Shown piece by piece: positions 49,111 to 58,550 of a stretch of DNA of 64,000 nucleotides; the first letter of the stretch is position 1; each line of letters starts with the position of its first letter. A program made the translations under genes and the position numbers. A model generated the notes under the pieces. It made no database searches, had not been told where the DNA came from, and saw nothing but the letters and a program-made list of their open reading frames with translations. Source of the DNA: a bacterium (lineage in GTDB: Bacteria; Zhuqueibacterota; Zhuqueibacteria; Oceanimicrobiales; Oceanimicrobiaceae); contig JBHHXT010000004.1 of the NCBI GenBank assembly GCA_046757165.1, positions 13,248 to 77,247 of the forward strand, written 5' to 3'.

Positions 49111-50880
49111 TTGGAACAACTCGCAGGATGGAAACGCACACACACCTGTGGCGAGCTCAATGAATCTCATGCGGGTCAGGCGGTCACGCTAATGGGCTGG
49201 GTACACCGCCGGCGTGACCACGGCCCCCTGATTTTCATCGATCTGCGCGACCGGTATGGCTTAACACAGATCGTCTTCGATCAGGAGGCGCTAAAACGCT
49301 ATCCGAAGGCCAGAGAACTGCGCGGCGAGTTCGTCATCGCCGTACAGGGCAGCGTTCGCAAAAGACCGGAGGGGATGACGAACCCGAAGCTGGCGACAGG
49401 AGCCATTGAGGTTGTAGTGCATGAGATGAAAATCTTGAGCCTCGCCAAAACACCGCCGTTCGAGATCGATGAGAACATCGATGTTTCGGAGGAGCTCCGT
49501 CTGAAATATCGCTATCTCGATCTCAGGAACTCGGCGATGAAGAACAATATTCTGCTCCGGCACAAAACCTATCACGCTGTTCGGGCTTTTCTGAACCAGG
49601 ACAATTTTGTCGAAGTGGAAACGCCGTTTCTGATGCGCAGCACGCCCGAGGGAGCGCGTGACTACCTGGTACCCAGCCGGATTCATCACGGCAGATTCTA
49701 CGCCCTGCCGCAGAGCCCGCAGACCTACAAGCAGCTCCTGATGGTGGCGGGCATGGACCGCTACTACCAGATTGTGCGCTGTTTCCGCGACGAGGATCTG
49801 CGCGCCGACCGCCAGCCTGAGTTTACGCAAATCGATATCGAAATGTCATTTGTGGAGCACGACGATGTGCTGCACATGGTCGAAAAATTGATGGTTCATG
49901 TGTTCAGCGAAGTCCTGGGTGTCGAGATCAAAAGGCCCTTTCGCCGGCTAACATACAAACAGGCCATCGAAACGTACGGCACAGACAAGCCGGATCTGCG
50001 CTTCGGATTGGAAATCACCGATATCAGCGCGCTGGTGGGCGACTGCGACTTCAAGGTGTTTGCAGGCTGCGTCAGGAACAGCGGCACGGTGTGTGGCATT
50101 GCCGTCACAGGTGGTGCAAAATACTCCCGCAAGCAGATAGATGCGCTGATCGCAGCCATGCAGCAAGAAGGAGCCAAAGGACTGGTGGCCATCAAAGTGT
50201 CCAGCGGGGGCTGGGATTCTTCAGTCGCGAAGTTCTTCTCGGCTGAGACGATTACGACAATCAACCAGATGTTCGGCGCGTGCGAAGGGGACCTTCTGCT
50301 GCTCATCGCAGACGGGAGGGAGAGCGCGTTGTCTTTAGCCGGTAGCTTGCGCTTGAAAGTCGCGCAGCAAGAGAGCTTGATTCCGGAAGACAGGTATGAG
50401 CTGGTGTGGACCGTGGATTTCCCTCTGTTAGAGTATGACTCCGAACGCGGGCGGTACATGGCGCGGCACCACCCGTTTACCTCACCCATGGACGATGACC
50501 TTGATTTGATAGAAAGCAAACCGGGCGAGGTGCGTGCCAAGGCGTACGACTTGGTTTTGAATGGCCATGAGATCGCGGGCGGCAGCATCCGAATTCACCA
50601 GCGTGCCCTGCAGAAGCGCATGTTTCGTTTGCTGAACATCTCAGATGAGGAGGCGCAAGACAAGTTTGGCTTTTTGCTGGATGCCTTCGAATATGGTGCA
50701 CCGCCGCATGGTGGCATTGCCTTTGGGTTTGACCGGCTGGTGATGCTGCTGTGCCGGGAGAAGTCCATTCGTAATGTCATTGCGTTTCCGAAGACAAACA
50801 GTGCGCTCTCCTTGATGGATGGTGCCCCCTCGGTTGTCAGCGAGGAGCAGCTCGAGGAGCTTCATCTGAGAGTCACTTAA
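49111..50880 (+). CDS. aspS: Aspartate--tRNA ligase (probably non-discriminating Asp/Asn)
   Basis: RTHTCG, LPQSPQ, FRDEDLRADRQPEF, PPHGGIAFGFDR; TTG start. Confidence 0.98.
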   Translation: MEQLAGWKRTHTCGELNESHAGQAVTLMGWVHRRRDHGPLIFIDLRDRYGLTQIVFDQEALKRYPKARELRGEFVIAVQGSVRKRPEGMTNPKLATGAIEVVVHEMKILSLAKTPPFEIDENIDVSEELRLKYRYLDLRNSAMKNNILLRHKTYHAVRAFLNQDNFVEVETPFLMRSTPEGARDYLVPSRIHHGRFYALPQSPQTYKQLLMVAGMDRYYQIVRCFRDEDLRADRQPEFTQIDIEMSFVEHDDVLHMVEKLMVHVFSEVLGVEIKRPFRRLTYKQAIETYGTDKPDLRFGLEITDISALVGDCDFKVFAGCVRNSGTVCGIAVTGGAKYSRKQIDALIAAMQQEGAKGLVAIKVSSGGWDSSVAKFFSAETITTINQMFGACEGDLLLLIADGRESALSLAGSLRLKVAQQESLIPEDRYELVWTVDFPLLEYDSERGRYMARHHPFTSPMDDDLDLIESKPGEVRAKAYDLVLNGHEIAGGSIRIHQRALQKRMFRLLNISDEEAQDKFGFLLDAFEYGAPPHGGIAFGFDRLVMLLCREKSIRNVIAFPKTNSALSLMDGAPSVVSEEQLEELHLRVT

Positions 50881-50893
50881 ATCATTTTTTTGC

Positions 50894-50922
50894 TTGACAA
50901 TGGGCATTTTTTTTGCTATTAT
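50894..50922 (+). promoter_or_regulatory. Sigma70 promoter for lipoprotein-LysM pair
   Basis: TTGACA-17bp-TATTAT with TGn extension. Confidence 0.7.
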
Positions 50923-51038
50923 TCCTGTTACTGTTCGATTCAAGCTATCCCATTAATTATTAATTATGTTCGCATTCTTTTCAGAGTTGGTAAATTATCT
51001 TAAGTAAACAGTAGATTCAGGAAGGAGGTGAGTTGTTA

Positions 51039-51314
51039 ATGAGAAGATTGTACAATTCTGTCTCTTTGTTGATCGTCGCTCTGTTGGTCGTCTCAGCCTT
51101 TTCTTTCGTCGGCTGTACCAAACATCCGAACACAGAGCAATTGCAACAATTAGAAGAACAGAAAAACGCCGCACTTTCGGCTGAGCAAACTCTTGAGGAA
51201 CGACGTCGTGAAAAGAGCCGCATCGAAAGTGAAACGAATCAAAAGAGAAAAGAGTTACAGGCAGCAAAGGACGAGCTGGAATTGGTAAAGCAGCGACTCG
51301 CTGAATTTGAATAA
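51039..51314 (+). CDS. Small coiled-coil lipoprotein
   Basis: RBS AAGGAGGT, lipobox FVGC, E/Q/K-rich heptads. Confidence 0.85.
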   Translation: MRRLYNSVSLLIVALLVVSAFSFVGCTKHPNTEQLQQLEEQKNAALSAEQTLEERRREKSRIESETNQKRKELQAAKDELELVKQRLAEFE

Positions 51315-51343
51315 TCTTAATATGAAAACGGGAGGGTTTTAAC

Positions 51344-52198
51344 ATGAAAGCTGTTTTCAAAACTCTCTGTACCTGCTCGTTGGTGGCTGTATTCGCATTG
51401 CTCATGGTTGGTGATGTTGCGTTTGCACAGGAAAAGATGACCATGGATGAGTACAAAGCGCAGTTGCAGCAATGGGCAGATAGAGAGAGAGCAGCTAAAG
51501 ATGAGATTGCAAGATTAGACGCCGACATAGAATCTTCGAAATCTCAAATTGCCGAGCTCGAGGGACAAACGAAGGACGTCTGGGCCTCGATTTACCAAGA
51601 GATCGGCGTCACCGAAGCAGAAGTCAACACCTACCGTCAGGATTTGAACAACATCGAAAGAGAGCTCAACGCACTCGGTGCGTTGGCACCAGAGGAGTTG
51701 TTCAAACGACGGAAAGAGATCGATGCCCATGAGGCCAAGCTCGAGGAGATGAAGCAGAACCGCATTTACGTTCTATCCGAAATGCGAGACAAAACTGCTG
51801 GCCTGGAAGGCAAGATGGCGCAGTTGCGGGCCAAGATGCCAAAAGGGATGTATGATGAGTACACGGTGAACCGTGGGGATTATCTGTGGCGAATCGCCAG
51901 AAAGCCCGACATCTACGGAGATCCGTTCCAATGGGTTCGCATCTATTCCTACAACAGTGACCAAATCAAGGATCCAGACTTGATCTACCCTGACCAGATT
52001 TTCAAAATTCACCGCGACAGCGGTCCGAATGAGTACCTGGTCGGAAGGGGAGACAACCTGTTCAAGATCGCGGGCAGTATGGACGTTTTGGGAGATCCGA
52101 CGAAATGGCAGTCTGTCTACGAGGCCAATCAAACTGTTATCGGCGATGAGCCGAGTTTGATTTACCCGTTTCAAGTTTTGAAGATTCCTAGCAATTAA
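51344..52198 (+). CDS. Secreted coiled-coil protein with two LysM domains
   Basis: Signal AFA-Q, long coiled coil, YTVNRGDYLWRIA...PDLIYP and YLVGRGDNLFKIA...LIYP. Confidence 0.9.
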   Translation: MKAVFKTLCTCSLVAVFALLMVGDVAFAQEKMTMDEYKAQLQQWADRERAAKDEIARLDADIESSKSQIAELEGQTKDVWASIYQEIGVTEAEVNTYRQDLNNIERELNALGALAPEELFKRRKEIDAHEAKLEEMKQNRIYVLSEMRDKTAGLEGKMAQLRAKMPKGMYDEYTVNRGDYLWRIARKPDIYGDPFQWVRIYSYNSDQIKDPDLIYPDQIFKIHRDSGPNEYLVGRGDNLFKIAGSMDVLGDPTKWQSVYEANQTVIGDEPSLIYPFQVLKIPSN

Positions 52199-52243
52199 GG
52201 GATATTGGACACGCTTCTAACAGTTTAGTCGTTCAAAAGTCAT

Positions 52244-52291
52244 AAAGCTCTTGGCCCACTTAGCTTCGGTTAATGGGTCAAGAGCTTTTTT
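52244..52291 (+). terminator. Intrinsic terminator
   Basis: AAAGCTCTTGGCCCA...TGGGTCAAGAGCTTTTTT. Confidence 0.8.
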
Positions 52292-52300
52292 ATTGAGGGT

Positions 52301-53296
52301 TTGGATAGATTGAATAAGTCAGACATCGTTACCAGGAAAGTTTCAATCAAAGGGGTCGACCAGCTAAAACTTTTCGGTTTGCAGGACAGAAATTTACGCA
52401 AACTGGAGCAACAGCTTGCAGTCAAGATAATAGCGCGCGGAAGTGATCTGATCCTGAATGGTCGCCCAACCCAGGTCGAGGTTGCAGAGAAGGTTTTTGT
52501 CGAGCTGATTTTGATGGTCACCCGAGACCAGAATGTTACCGAAAACGACGTCGACAGTGTACTCGCTCTCGTCACCACCAACGGCGCGGCCAAAGGGTCT
52601 CCGCAAGAGGGGCTGGATGAAGTGATTCTTTACAAGAAGGATGGCTTTATCAAGCCCAAGAGCGCGGGCCAGAAAATATTCTGCCACGAATCCGGCCAAA
52701 ACGATATTGTGATTGTCATCGGCCCGGCCGGCACCGGCAAGACATTCCTGGCTGTGGCCCTGGCCGTGGCGGCATTGCGCGATAAACTGGTCGACAAAAT
52801 CGTGCTCACCAGACCCGCGGTGGAAGCGGGGGAGAGACTCGGCTACTTGCCGGGAGACTTTCGGGAAAAAATCGATCCGTATCTCAGACCACTCTATGAC
52901 GCGCTAAACAGCATGATTCCACCGGATAAGTTGAAGCGCTACCTGGAATCCGGCATTATTGAAATTGTGCCGCTGGCCTACATGCGCGGCCGCACCTTGA
53001 ACAACGCGTTTGTGATTTTGGATGAGGCGCAGAATACGACTTTCAACCAGATGAAAATGTTTCTGACCCGACTGGGAATTTACTCTAAATCGATCATCAC
53101 CGGCGACATCACGCAGGTCGATTTGCCCGATTCCGATTCCTCCGGTCTGGTGCAGATCCAGTCGATTCTCGCCGATATCGAAGGAATCAAGTTTGTCTAC
53201 ATGACGGATCATGATGTCGTGCGCCACCGCCTGGTTCGGGACATCATCAAGGCGTATGACAAGTACCAAAGCAAGAACGGCAACAAAAACCCCTGA
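52301..53296 (+). CDS. PhoH-family ATPase (YbeZ-like)
   Basis: GPAGTGKT, RPAVEAGE, YMRGRT, DEAQN, GDITQVD. Confidence 0.95.
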   Translation: MDRLNKSDIVTRKVSIKGVDQLKLFGLQDRNLRKLEQQLAVKIIARGSDLILNGRPTQVEVAEKVFVELILMVTRDQNVTENDVDSVLALVTTNGAAKGSPQEGLDEVILYKKDGFIKPKSAGQKIFCHESGQNDIVIVIGPAGTGKTFLAVALAVAALRDKLVDKIVLTRPAVEAGERLGYLPGDFREKIDPYLRPLYDALNSMIPPDKLKRYLESGIIEIVPLAYMRGRTLNNAFVILDEAQNTTFNQMKMFLTRLGIYSKSIITGDITQVDLPDSDSSGLVQIQSILADIEGIKFVYMTDHDVVRHRLVRDIIKAYDKYQSKNGNKNP

Positions 53297-53306
53297 GTCG
53301 ATTACG

Positions 53307-55643
53307 TTGAAAAATCAAAAGGTGACATACCGGGTGAGACGGTCGATACAGCAGGGCTTCGACAAACTGCAGCGCAACACAGCAGGGCGCCTGACGCTGC
53401 AAGCCCTGCTCGTTGTTGGCACGGTTATCACGACCTCTTTGATGTTTCCTTCCGGCCAGTCTTTCCAATTCTCGCACCTGAAGGTCGGGGATGTCTACAC
53501 CGGTAAGGAGATTATCGCGCCGTTTACTTTCTTTATCAACAAGAGTGAGGATGAAATCGCCCGCGACCGCAAGGCATCTGCTGAGAAGATTCCGCTGGTC
53601 TTCATGCGGGCCGATAGCATCGAGACCCTCTCGACAAAGGAATTCGACGATTTCTTCGAGAGTATTCAACTGATTCGGGCGTCCGAGCTGCCAGACTCGA
53701 CGAAGCTGAAGCGGATTCGGGACATCCTGAACAAGGACTCGATTATCAGCGATCAGGCTCACACGCGATATCTGCTCAGCGTCCCGAGCGCTGTTGACAA
53801 GACCCGAAGGACGAAAGCCAAGAAAAACTCGGGTTCGGATGCGGGCCTTACTTTTGAGAAACTGAAGCAGAATCTCAAAACGATTCTGCTGGACATGTAT
53901 GCCATCGGCATTCTGAGCCTCAGCAAATCCGATGTTGCCCCTTATGTGGAAAAAATTTCTGTTGTGTCATCGGAAGGCGAAGTTGTGGAAGCGATCAGCC
54001 ACTTTCACAACTTCAAGGACTACGAGAGCGTCCTGACGCCAAAGTTGCGTCAGGCTTTCCCGGACCAGGAGATTGTTGCCTCGATCGGATTTGGCATTGT
54101 TCTGGCTTTTCTGGAGCCGAATCTAATCTACGACAAGCAAACGACGGAGAGCCGGATCAACGAGGCGGTAGCGAGCGTTCCGTTGTCCAAGGGCATCGTG
54201 CTCAAGGACCAGAGAATCGCCTTCACGCACGAGCGCATCACACCGGAGATTCTCGAGAAACTGAACTCTTTAGCGGCAGCCAAGGCGCAACGCGAGCAGC
54301 GCGAAGGTGGGGTAAAGGTGTTTCTGCCCTACCTCGGGCGTGTCTTGCTGGTTTCATTAGCCGTCGCATTCACCCTGATCTTTCTTTTTGTCTTTCGGAA
54401 AGTGACGGTCAACAGTCTCAAACGAATGGTGTTGATCTTCATGATTCTCATGCTGGTCATTATCATGACCTTTATTCTGAACAAATACGGCATTTCATCC
54501 AACTTAAAATATCTCATCCCAATTTCCATTGCCTCCATGCTGCTGACGATTTTCTTTGACGGCCGTGTGGCGTTTATCAGTACCGTGACTTTGAGCATCA
54601 TCATTGGCGCGCTCAGAGGCAACGATTTCGGCATCATGATCATTTCGCTGTTCGTCGGCGCCATTTCGACCTTTTCAGTGGGAAAGATTCAGGCGCGCGC
54701 CTGGATTTTGAAGGGCTTTCTTTACATCTCAGGGGCGTACTTCATCTCGATCACCACCCTGGAACTTCTGACACATACTGATCTGCAGGAGCTGCCTCAG
54801 ATGCTTGGCTACGGGCTGATCAACGGCCTGTTATCGCCGATCCTGGCGTATGGCTTCATGATCATCTTTGAGTATATTTTTCAAATGACGACCAACTCCA
54901 CCTTACTGGAGCTGTCGGATTTGAACCGGCCCTTGCTGCGAGAGCTGGCTATTCGTGCCCCCGGCACCTACCATCACAGCATCATGGTTGGGAATCTGTC
55001 CGAGGCCGCCTCCGAGGCCATCGGCGCGAACGCCTTGTTGGCCCGCGTGGCCTCTTACTACCATGATATCGGCAAGATGGAAAAGCCGGAGTACTTTGTC
55101 GAGAACCAGAAGGCGGGCAAGAATCCTCACGAAAAGCTCACGCCCAGCATGAGCTGTTTGATTTTGATCAATCATGTCAAGAAGGGGTTGGAAATCGCCG
55201 AGGAGCACAATTTGCCGCGCGAGATTCGCGACTTCATTCCCCAGCACCACGGCACCAACCTGATCCGCTTTTTCTACCAAAAAGCCCTGGAAAGCAGCGA
55301 GGATGGCGAGGTTGATGAATCCAGTTTCCGCTATCATGGACCCAGGCCACGCACGCGCGAGACCGCCATCGTCATGTTCGCTGACGCGGTGGAAGCGGGG
55401 TCGCGGGTTCTGAAAGAGCCATCCGTGAGTCGGATACGCAGCATGATCAATACTCTCATCCATGAACGTCTGCTCGACCACGAGCTTGATGAGTGCCCAC
55501 TGACCTTGCGAGACTTGACCTTGATCCGCGAAAGCTTCGTCAATACCTTGACCGGCATGTTCCACGGCCGCATCGAATACCCGCAGTCTGACAACAAGGT
55601 GCCCGCCAAACCTCTCAAGAAGACCAGTGAAGTGCCAGGTTGA
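53307..55643 (+). CDS. 7TM-HD (HDIG) phosphohydrolase, PgpH-like
   Basis: N-terminal TM, extracellular domain, 7 TM, APGTYHHS, YYHDIGK, QHHGT, ADAVEA; start uncertain. Confidence 0.9.
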   Translation: MKNQKVTYRVRRSIQQGFDKLQRNTAGRLTLQALLVVGTVITTSLMFPSGQSFQFSHLKVGDVYTGKEIIAPFTFFINKSEDEIARDRKASAEKIPLVFMRADSIETLSTKEFDDFFESIQLIRASELPDSTKLKRIRDILNKDSIISDQAHTRYLLSVPSAVDKTRRTKAKKNSGSDAGLTFEKLKQNLKTILLDMYAIGILSLSKSDVAPYVEKISVVSSEGEVVEAISHFHNFKDYESVLTPKLRQAFPDQEIVASIGFGIVLAFLEPNLIYDKQTTESRINEAVASVPLSKGIVLKDQRIAFTHERITPEILEKLNSLAAAKAQREQREGGVKVFLPYLGRVLLVSLAVAFTLIFLFVFRKVTVNSLKRMVLIFMILMLVIIMTFILNKYGISSNLKYLIPISIASMLLTIFFDGRVAFISTVTLSIIIGALRGNDFGIMIISLFVGAISTFSVGKIQARAWILKGFLYISGAYFISITTLELLTHTDLQELPQMLGYGLINGLLSPILAYGFMIIFEYIFQMTTNSTLLELSDLNRPLLRELAIRAPGTYHHSIMVGNLSEAASEAIGANALLARVASYYHDIGKMEKPEYFVENQKAGKNPHEKLTPSMSCLILINHVKKGLEIAEEHNLPREIRDFIPQHHGTNLIRFFYQKALESSEDGEVDESSFRYHGPRPRTRETAIVMFADAVEAGSRVLKEPSVSRIRSMINTLIHERLLDHELDECPLTLRDLTLIRESFVNTLTGMFHGRIEYPQSDNKVPAKPLKKTSEVPG

Positions 55644-56052
55644 TATTTTTGAGAATCAGTCGTGTCCAGTCCAGGTGGAGGGCGTCGAGAAACTCGCGCA
55701 AGCGATTTGGCAGAAGGAAGCGAGCAAAGATGCGCAGCTCAACATCATTTTTGTGAACGATTCTGCGCTCGTGGAGTTGAATAAGCAGTACTTGAGCAGA
55801 GGCCACAAGACAGATGTTATTGCTTTTCCACTTTCGAAAGCTACAGATACGAGTTTTGAAGGCGAAATCTATATCAGTGTTGAGCGAGTGGTGGAAAATG
55901 CTGGTGAGTATGGCGCAAGCGTTGGCATGGAGTTGAAACGTGTGGTCGTTCACGGCATTTTGCATTTTTTGGGGTATTGTGATAAGACGCCTGAGAAGAG
56001 GCGGCTGATGTCTCAGCGAGAGGATTATTATTTGAATCTGTCGAACGGTTAA
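55627..56052 (+). CDS. ybeY: rRNA maturation RNase YbeY
   Basis: TDVIAFP, GEIYIS, HGILHFLGY. Confidence 0.9.
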   Translation: MKCQVDIFENQSCPVQVEGVEKLAQAIWQKEASKDAQLNIIFVNDSALVELNKQYLSRGHKTDVIAFPLSKATDTSFEGEIYISVERVVENAGEYGASVGMELKRVVVHGILHFLGYCDKTPEKRRLMSQREDYYLNLSNG

Positions 56053-56153
56053 GCGATCAATGTCTTGCACCCACGCGTGATTCTGATTTGTAACAATAGA
56101 GTGGACAGCATGCCCTTAGTGTCTGAACGCCTCACGTGGGTCAGGAGTGTTAT

Positions 56154-57455
56154 TTGGAATCAGACCCAGACATTTTTCTAAGTATTTCCTTTCTTTTGTC
56201 CCTTTTCTTACTTGCGTGCTTTGCGAGCGCGGAAGTCGCTTTTGCCTCCCTGGCTGAAGAGAGACTGCTTGCATTGCGGCAAAAAGTAAGCAAGCGCTCG
56301 CAAAGAACGGAGACTCTACTCAGCAATACTCCTGCACTCTTCCTGGCCTTAAAAGGCGGCATGGTCGTTGCCTACATCGTTTTGCTCACTTCCTGCACGC
56401 TGCTTTGTTTGGATTTGGCCGCTGCCTTGAACCTGAGACCACTGTGGGTCTTGCTCTGCGCGGTCATCGTGGTAGCTATTCTGCTTTTCACCATCCATGA
56501 GGTGCTGGCGGCGCGCTTTGCGCTCGACAAGAGCGTGCGAGTTGCTGAGATGCTTTCTTTGCCACTGCTGATCTACACACGTGGGGTGAGCCCTGTGGTG
56601 AACCTCTTGCTGCTCTTGCTCAAATTCATCTCCAGAAGATTTGAACTTGACGGCAATGGGCTGGATCACCATAAGATCCTGGCGATGGTCGAGAATGGCA
56701 ACGACGACGAACTCGAGGACGACGAGCGCGCCATGATCCATTCAATCATCGAATTCGGGGATACCGAGGTGCACGAAATCATGGTGCCGAGAACTGACAT
56801 GGTTTGCGTGGATGAAACGACTGACCTCCGGGCGCTCACCAAGCTCATCAGAGAAAAAGGGCACTCGCGGATCCCTCTGTACAGCGAAGATGTCGACAAC
56901 ATTCTCGGGATTATCCACGTCAAAGATTTATTGCCTTACAGCACAGACACACGGACCCGCGAATCCCACCTGACAGACCTGGCGCGGCCCGCGTATTTTG
57001 TGCCCGAAAGCAAGAAACTGGATTTGCTTCTGAAAGAGTTTCAAAAAGAAAAATACCATATGGCGATTGTTCTCGATGAGTACGGCGGGACTGCCGGCCT
57101 GGTGACCCTGGAGGACGTGATCGAGGAAATCGTAGGGGACATTCAGGATGAGTACGACAAAGAACCCCCGCTGGTGCGAAAAGTGGAGGAAAACGTCTAC
57201 CTTGTGGATGCCAAGATTGATTTACACGAGTTGAACGAGACGCTGATGTTCACGCTGCCGACTGAAGGCGAGTATGAAAGTTTAGGCGGCTTTATGTTGA
57301 GTCTAACCGGATACGTTCCGGAGGAAAAAGAGGTTGTGACTTATGAGAACTATTCGTTTTCGGTCGAGAAAATCGCCCGCAATCGTATTATCGAAGTCAA
57401 ACTTACGGTGAATGTGACGGCGGCGGGTGTGCAGGAGCATACGAAATTGGAATAA
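56154..57455 (+). CDS. Hemolysin/CorC-family CNNM-CBS-CorC_HlyC protein
   Basis: TM N-terminus, IMVPR, HSRIP, DEYGGTAGLVTLED; TTG after AGGAG. Confidence 0.9.
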   Translation: MESDPDIFLSISFLLSLFLLACFASAEVAFASLAEERLLALRQKVSKRSQRTETLLSNTPALFLALKGGMVVAYIVLLTSCTLLCLDLAAALNLRPLWVLLCAVIVVAILLFTIHEVLAARFALDKSVRVAEMLSLPLLIYTRGVSPVVNLLLLLLKFISRRFELDGNGLDHHKILAMVENGNDDELEDDERAMIHSIIEFGDTEVHEIMVPRTDMVCVDETTDLRALTKLIREKGHSRIPLYSEDVDNILGIIHVKDLLPYSTDTRTRESHLTDLARPAYFVPESKKLDLLLKEFQKEKYHMAIVLDEYGGTAGLVTLEDVIEEIVGDIQDEYDKEPPLVRKVEENVYLVDAKIDLHELNETLMFTLPTEGEYESLGGFMLSLTGYVPEEKEVVTYENYSFSVEKIARNRIIEVKLTVNVTAAGVQEHTKLE

Positions 57456-57470
57456 ACTTACGGCTTGCAG

Positions 57471-58508
57471 ATGGAAAAGAATCAATTCCGCAGAGATCCC
57501 GTGACGGGCCGGTGGGCCATCATTCTCAGCAATGACCTGGACATCGAGGACCTGGTCGGTGCAGACCAGAAAACGAGGCGAAAACGCAAACAGAACGTCA
57601 GCAAGTACTGCGCCGGATTCGAGGCCGAGACCCCGCCCGAAATATTCGCGATTCGCGACGAAGGCACGCAGAGAAATGAACCTGGCTGGAAGGTACGAGT
57701 GCTGCCTTATACGCAGCCTTTCATCCAGATTCATGGCGATCTGAACAACCGTGGCATTGGACTGTATGATGTGATCGATGGCATCGGCGCACATGAACTC
57801 GTGATCGAATCGCCGCATCCCGGCGAGGACATACACGATATGAGTCCGGAACAGGTGCAAAACGTTCTGCTTGCCTACCGTGCGCGAATCCTCGACCTGA
57901 AACGCGATACGCGCTTCAGGTATGTCATGGTGCATAAGAACTACGGCGAGCGAGAGGGGGAGTTGAAAGATCATGCCCATTCACACATCATTGCTACCCC
58001 GATCACGCCTGCACGTGTAAAAGTCGAGCTGTTGAACGCGATGGAACACTACAAGTACAAGGAGCGCTGTTTGTTCTGTGACATCATTTTCCAGGAGCTG
58101 TCCGACGATGAGCGCGTGATCACCCAAAACGAGCAGTTTGTTGCCGTGTCCCCGTTTGCTTCGCGCGCCCCCTTCTCCGTTTGGATTCTGCCCAAAAAGC
58201 ATGAGACGTTTTTTGAGTGGAACAGTGAGTACAGGCACTTAGCCAAAATTCTGCAACAAGTCCTGGTCAAAATCAAGCATATTCTGAGCGACCCCCCTTT
58301 CGTCATGGCGCTGCATACCGGGCCGAACATGATCAAGGGTCAGCACCGGGGATACTGGAAATCTCTTGAAAAGGATTACCACTGGTATTTCGAGATCACG
58401 CCGCGGTTTCGAACCTACACCAGTTTTGAAATCGGTTCCGGGTTCCAGGTCAATGCCGTCTCTCCGGAACGGGCCACGAAAATTCTGAAAAATACCAACA
58501 TTGACTGA
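57471..58508 (+). CDS. GalT-family nucleotidyltransferase (divergent)
   Basis: RRDPVTGRW, GAHELVIESP, KNYG, HAHSH, CLFCD, FEIGSG. Confidence 0.85.
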   Translation: MEKNQFRRDPVTGRWAIILSNDLDIEDLVGADQKTRRKRKQNVSKYCAGFEAETPPEIFAIRDEGTQRNEPGWKVRVLPYTQPFIQIHGDLNNRGIGLYDVIDGIGAHELVIESPHPGEDIHDMSPEQVQNVLLAYRARILDLKRDTRFRYVMVHKNYGEREGELKDHAHSHIIATPITPARVKVELLNAMEHYKYKERCLFCDIIFQELSDDERVITQNEQFVAVSPFASRAPFSVWILPKKHETFFEWNSEYRHLAKILQQVLVKIKHILSDPPFVMALHTGPNMIKGQHRGYWKSLEKDYHWYFEITPRFRTYTSFEIGSGFQVNAVSPERATKILKNTNID

Positions 58509-58550
58509 GATAGATCAACTTTACGATTCAAGAAAAGCGAGGAAGGCTGC

